Shown: positions 59,822-64,000 of the stretch, one piece after another
Layout of the letters: each line of letters begins with the position of its first letter
How positions within the stretch are numbered: the stretch's first letter is position 1
Virus record (IMG/VR): IMGVR_UViG_3300031963_000006
Coordinates: 1 to 64,000 of that record
Direction: 5' to 3' (one strand)
Length of the DNA: 64,000 nt
Position numbers and translations under genes: made by a program
The notes under the pieces: model-generated
Database searches by the model: none
What the model was told of the DNA's origin: nothing
What the model saw: only the letters and a program-made list of their open reading frames with translations

Positions 59822-62668
59822 ATGGCAAATAACGGAATATTTTATAGTTCGGGTAATAGTTTAAATTTTACAACAAGTGGAACAACTTGGCTTTCATTGA
59901 ACAGTCAAGGATTACTTTCAGGTTTAAATTTGTCAATGTCGGCAGTTACGGCTAATACCGTATCACAAGTTAATTATATTGATTTTACAACAGGGTCAAC
60001 AAATCCACTACAAACAGGAGGTAGAATATTTTTTGATAATGTATCAAAGGCGCTTTCTTATTATGATGTTGATAATAGTTTACTCCCAATTGCAATGGGA
60101 CAACAACTATACGCAAGAGTTTACAACGGTACAGGAGTTCAAATTGATAAGGGTAAAGTAGTTACAATTACAGGAACAACAAATGGATTACCAAGTATAA
60201 TATTGGCAGTTAATAATCACGCATTGGGTACACCAAGGCCAATTGGCGTTGCCGCTGAGAACATATCAAATGGAGGTACTGGGTTAGTTTTAAATAATGG
60301 TATTTTAAGTGGAATAACACTTAACACATTTGCAAACGGAGACATTCTATACCTTTCTGATACAACACCTGGTGGATATGTTAACTCCACAGCATCACTA
60401 GCATTTAGTGCTAGAACAAATGAAATCGGATATGTTCTACAAACGGGTTCTACAACGGGTAAGATTTATATTAATATTAATAATGAAGATAGTAACCTTA
60501 CACTAACCGATATTGAAAGAAATATCTTGGAAGGTAATGTCATTTCAAGTGGAGTATATGAATATACGGGAATGACTCAAGGAACAGGGGCAACTATTAA
60601 TGTTGCAATGGCAAGGGGATGGATAGTTAGAAATACATATGGATTTGCAACGCTACCTGATGTTGATAACATTTACTATACAGGTGGAACAAACATTCCT
60701 TTAACTAATCTTGCAACAGATGACGCAACATTTATTTTAATTAATAGTGCATCAACATTAGTTCAACAAACAACATTTCCAACACCCCAAGAAAGAAGAG
60801 AAAATATATTCTTAGGTAAAGTAGTTCACCCAAGTAGAATTTCAATTACATCAATTAACCAAACGGTTGACTTTGATGTGTCACCAATGGCCGCACTTCG
60901 AGACCTTTGGACTCCATTGAAATTGATTAATCAGGGTGTTTTAGTATCCCCAACAGGGACTGGAATGACGATTAATACATCATCGGGTGCATTGTGGGGT
61001 AATGGTATTGGATGGGTAACAAATCAACAAAATCCAGATAGTGTTACCATTTCCGGCGCATCACCAACCACATTCCAGTATAGAACACAATTAGGTCCAT
61101 TAACAGGTGGTAGTGTTACAACAGGAAATACAACAACAATAGACCCTGGTTACTATGATTTAAATGGAGTTGTTACTGCGGTAGGAGGGGGTTCAAACTC
61201 ATCAACAAATCAAAGAGTTTATTTATTTCCAACTGGTCTTGTCAGAATCCAATTGGGTCAAAAAGTATATGGAACACTTGCCGAGGCGGTTGCTGGTTCA
61301 CAAACTGAGACGTTTGTCGAATATTCTCTTAATAGAGAGAATGGTATATTAATAGGAATACTTTCACTTAACAAAAACGCATCTGTTGGTAATGGAGGTC
61401 TAGTAAACACTAACTATGCGGTGTTTAACTCAGTTTCAAAATTTGGTGAAGTATTAGGAGGAACTGGAGGTTTATCAACAACAACTCTCCAACAGGCTTA
61501 TGATAACTCCACTGAACCTGAAATTTTAATTAACTCAACATTAGATGGTTTAAGTATTAGAAATGGAACGGGTGGTGCCGATAATGTCACAAGTTTATTA
61601 CAAGGACAGAATACTGCCGGAACTACAACTTCATTTATTAGAGCTGACGGAGTATTTTCAGGAACATCAATATTTGGGACGGGTTTAACCGCTAATACAA
61701 TATCGGCATCGACATATTATAACCTTCCAGGTAGTTCATCCGCAAATTGCTTCACAGATTTTTTTGTAACTAATATAAGTGGATGTTCTCCTGTCAATAT
61801 GTTGTCACCACTTAATGTTCAAGATGGTTTATCTGTTACAGGGACTTCAACATTTACAAGTCAGGCTAATTTTACAGGAGGATTATCCGCAAATACATTT
61901 TCTGCGGGGACATATCAGAATTTACCTTCGTTTAATTCGGTACAAATTAACGGCACAACTCAGTTCTCAGGTAATACAAATAACTTTATTAATTTCAGTG
62001 GTATTAATATTACCATAACATCTGCGGCAACTAATACACTTGTATTTAGTGCGGGAACAGGTGGAGCCGGTGCCGTTAGTTCAGTTACTGCAGGCTCAGG
62101 ATTATCAGGTAATTCAACAACAGGGGCAATTACATTAATTAATACTCAAGTTCAAGGAATAACAGGAATTACCGCTGGTTCAGGTATTTCGGTTAGTACC
62201 ACCGATAATGTAACCACAATAACAAATGGAGTACAAGTTGCAATGCTGACATCCGACCAAACCAGTCTTACAACAACACTTGCGGACATTACTGATTTAT
62301 CTTTTGCGGTTGTTAGTGGGAGTATCTATAGATTTAGGTTTGTATTTCATTATGAGGCCTTTAATACCTCAACAGGTAGTAGATGGACTATTAATGGCCC
62401 TACCACCAGCATTCTGTCATATAGGTCAATGTATACTTTAGGTGTTGGAACACAAACATTAAACCCAGCCATAAATACTTATGATACACCAGCGACAGCA
62501 AACGCATCATCAACCGCAACCGCAGGAAATATTGCGATAGTTGAAGGTGTTATAAAACCTTCGGCCAATGGGACTGTTGTTGCAAGATTTGCTTCAGAGT
62601 TTCCGATTGCCGGTGCTTTTATTAGAGCAAAAGAAGGGTCATATGTTGAATATCAAAAAATTTCATAA
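59822..62668 (+). CDS. large Gly/Thr-rich tail-fibre/appendage-like protein
   Basis: 948 aa; N-terminal VYN.TG..I.KG.VV...PIGVAAE.I..G..G...LYLS module; C-terminal TNF/BclA-like beta domain (TTLADITDLSFAV...YRFRF). Confidence 0.7.
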   Translation: MANNGIFYSSGNSLNFTTSGTTWLSLNSQGLLSGLNLSMSAVTANTVSQVNYIDFTTGSTNPLQTGGRIFFDNVSKALSYYDVDNSLLPIAMGQQLYARVYNGTGVQIDKGKVVTITGTTNGLPSIILAVNNHALGTPRPIGVAAENISNGGTGLVLNNGILSGITLNTFANGDILYLSDTTPGGYVNSTASLAFSARTNEIGYVLQTGSTTGKIYININNEDSNLTLTDIERNILEGNVISSGVYEYTGMTQGTGATINVAMARGWIVRNTYGFATLPDVDNIYYTGGTNIPLTNLATDDATFILINSASTLVQQTTFPTPQERRENIFLGKVVHPSRISITSINQTVDFDVSPMAALRDLWTPLKLINQGVLVSPTGTGMTINTSSGALWGNGIGWVTNQQNPDSVTISGASPTTFQYRTQLGPLTGGSVTTGNTTTIDPGYYDLNGVVTAVGGGSNSSTNQRVYLFPTGLVRIQLGQKVYGTLAEAVAGSQTETFVEYSLNRENGILIGILSLNKNASVGNGGLVNTNYAVFNSVSKFGEVLGGTGGLSTTTLQQAYDNSTEPEILINSTLDGLSIRNGTGGADNVTSLLQGQNTAGTTTSFIRADGVFSGTSIFGTGLTANTISASTYYNLPGSSSANCFTDFFVTNISGCSPVNMLSPLNVQDGLSVTGTSTFTSQANFTGGLSANTFSAGTYQNLPSFNSVQINGTTQFSGNTNNFINFSGINITITSAATNTLVFSAGTGGAGAVSSVTAGSGLSGNSTTGAITLINTQVQGITGITAGSGISVSTTDNVTTITNGVQVAMLTSDQTSLTTTLADITDLSFAVVSGSIYRFRFVFHYEAFNTSTGSRWTINGPTTSILSYRSMYTLGVGTQTLNPAINTYDTPATANASSTATAGNIAIVEGVIKPSANGTVVARFASEFPIAGAFIRAKEGSYVEYQKIS

Positions 62669-62670
62669 GT

Positions 62671-62871
62671 ATGAAAAAATATATAATATACAATTATGTC
62701 GGGAATGGATTTTGGGGCGGGGAATCTCGAGGATTCCAAGAAGGATTTGTTTATAACGATAAAGTAGAAATATTCGAATCTAAAATTGATGCCGAAAATG
62801 AAATAACTAGCAACATCATATCTAATTATCAAGGAGTATTTGAGGTAATAGAGGTTTTCAGAAATATATAA
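62671..62871 (+). CDS. small hypothetical protein, 66 aa
   Basis: Starts 2 nt after the previous stop. Confidence 0.6.
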   Translation: MKKYIIYNYVGNGFWGGESRGFQEGFVYNDKVEIFESKIDAENEITSNIISNYQGVFEVIEVFRNI

Positions 62872-62944
62872 TCAATTTCAAAGATTTATTATTTCCTATT
62901 TAATATTCATATTTAAATTTTATTAAAAAATATAAGATTTAATT

Positions 62945-64000
62945 ATGAACAGAATATTCGTACAAATCGCAAGTTACAGAGACCCTGAGCTCGTCCCAAC
63001 AATTAAAAGTATGTTGGAAAATGCAAAAAAACCAAAAAATTTAAGATTCGGTATTGCTCGTCAATTTCACCCTGAGGACGGTTTTGATGACCTTTCAGAA
63101 TGGAAAAAAGATAAAAGATTTAGAGTTTTAGATATTCCTCATATGGATTCTGAAGGAGTTTGTTGGGCAAGAAATTTAACTCAACAATTGTACGAAGGTG
63201 AAGAATATACAATGCAAATCGATTCACATATGAGGTTTGAAAAGGATTGGGATGTTGAGTTTATTTCAATGATTAAACAACTTCAAAAAGATGGTTACCC
63301 AAAACCATTATTGACAGGTTACGTTTCATCTTTTGACCCTGATAATGACCCACAAGGTCGCGTTAGAGAACCATGGAGAATGGTATTTGACCGTTTTATT
63401 CCTGAAGGGGCAGTATTCTTTTTACCAGAATCAATTCCTGGATGGCAGATGATGACAAAACCAATTCCGGCTCGTTTCTATTCGGCTCACTTCTGTTTTA
63501 CACTAGGAGCGTTTAGTGAAGAAGTTCAACATGACCCTGATTTTTATTTCCACGGAGAAGAGATTTCGATAGCCGCAAGAGCGTATACCTGGGGTTATGA
63601 TTTATTCCACCCTCATAAAGTTCTTGTATGGCATGAATATACTCGTAAAGGTAGAGTTAAACAGTGGGATGATGTTAGAGATTGGGGTAAGAAAAATGAC
63701 TACTGTCACAAAAAGAATCGCTCATTGTTTGGAATGGATGATGAAGGAGAGATGGACCATGGTAAATATGGATTTGGTCCAATCAGAAGTTTAAGAGATT
63801 ATGAAAAATATTCAGGTTTGTTATTCTCAAAAAGAGCAGTACAACAATACACTTTAGATAAAGAATATCCACCAAATCCATATAACTACGCAAGTGAAGA
63901 AGAATGGATGAACGATTTTGCGGCAATATTCAAGCACTGTATTGATGTTGGTTATTCTCAAGTACCTGAAACTGACTATGAATTTTGGGTAGTTGCTTTC
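62945..64000 (+). CDS. GT60-family alpha-N-acetylglucosaminyltransferase (Skp1 hydroxyproline / mucin Thr GlcNAc-transferase-like), 3'-truncated
   Basis: Not in the ORF track because it has no stop in the window. Manual translation of 352 open codons: MNRIFVQIASYRDPEL...GVCWAR...MQIDSHMRF..DWD...FYFHGEEISIAARAYTWGYDLFHP...GFGPIRSLRDYEKYSG. Confidence 0.85.
   Translation, partial: MNRIFVQIASYRDPELVPTIKSMLENAKKPKNLRFGIARQFHPEDGFDDLSEWKKDKRFRVLDIPHMDSEGVCWARNLTQQLYEGEEYTMQIDSHMRFEKDWDVEFISMIKQLQKDGYPKPLLTGYVSSFDPDNDPQGRVREPWRMVFDRFIPEGAVFFLPESIPGWQMMTKPIPARFYSAHFCFTLGAFSEEVQHDPDFYFHGEEISIAARAYTWGYDLFHPHKVLVWHEYTRKGRVKQWDDVRDWGKKNDYCHKKNRSLFGMDDEGEMDHGKYGFGPIRSLRDYEKYSGLLFSKRAVQQYTLDKEYPPNPYNYASEEEWMNDFAAIFKHCIDVGYSQVPETDYEFWVVAF

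Noticed and set aside
652-63794. Other short track ORFs nested in or antisense to larger genes (e.g. 652..861, 8682..8906, 10516..10854, 28020..28592, 54961..55485, 63597..63794)
   Set aside because: No recognisable motifs, and they overlap well-supported genes. 63597..63794 is an alternate frame within the GT60 gene.
1-64000. Stop-codon recoding, as in some large Bacteroidota phages
   Set aside because: Very long ORFs are intact in the standard code and gene density is high. TAG (2541-2543) and TGA (e.g. the end of 7880..9493) both act as stops at tight gene junctions.
1-64000. Eukaryotic, giant-virus (NCLDV) or cellular origin, suggested by mucin-like, Fringe, GT60 and reprolysin genes
   Set aside because: The gp5-like hub, gp55-like sigma, PGBD proteins, overlapped operon-style packing and intrinsic terminator point to a bacteriophage. 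No NCLDV core or cellular housekeeping genes are seen.
1-64000. tRNA, rRNA, integrase or transposase genes
   Set aside because: Intergenic gaps are mostly under about 150 nt and AT-rich with no cloverleaf-like sequence, and no recombinase or transposase motifs were recognised.

Overview
This AT-rich window has densely packed genes in the standard genetic code and reads best as part of a huge (jumbo) tailed phage, probably myovirus-like with a Bacteroidota host. Support for that: a T4 gp5-like baseplate hub, a gp55-like sigma factor, PhoH, dUTPase, a family of proteins sharing an 'LTESEL..I..II.E'-type motif, A-rich start contexts mostly lacking Shine-Dalgarno sequences, and Bacteroidota-type protein modules. 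Layout: (1) 1-12 kb holds head/baseplate-associated and lysis-like genes. (2) 12.8-26.3 kb (minus strand) is a sugar island with gmd, a His-type ColD-like dehydratase and a ColC/Fcl-like reductase (a GDP-L-colitose-type pathway), plus about eight soluble glycosyltransferase genes including GT11 and Fringe/GT31-like enzymes. (3) 29-62.9 kb (mostly plus strand) encodes very large modular Cys-rich proteins joined by long Thr/Pro mucin-like linkers. These include three tandem reprolysin-like (M12B) zinc metalloproteases and LamG, beta-helix, PA14-like, LRR and C1q-like domains, with a 2OG-Fe(II) oxygenase embedded among them. (4) A GT60 (Skp1/mucin alpha-GlcNAc transferase-like) gene, absent from the ORF track, runs off the right end. 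Best candidate for a new system: a phage-encoded mucin-type protein O-glycosylation pathway (initiating GT60, possible prolyl hydroxylase, GT31, GT11, colitose/fucose donor) that would decorate Thr/Pro-stalked, protease-bearing virion appendages. All family calls come from motif recognition by eye; no database search was run.
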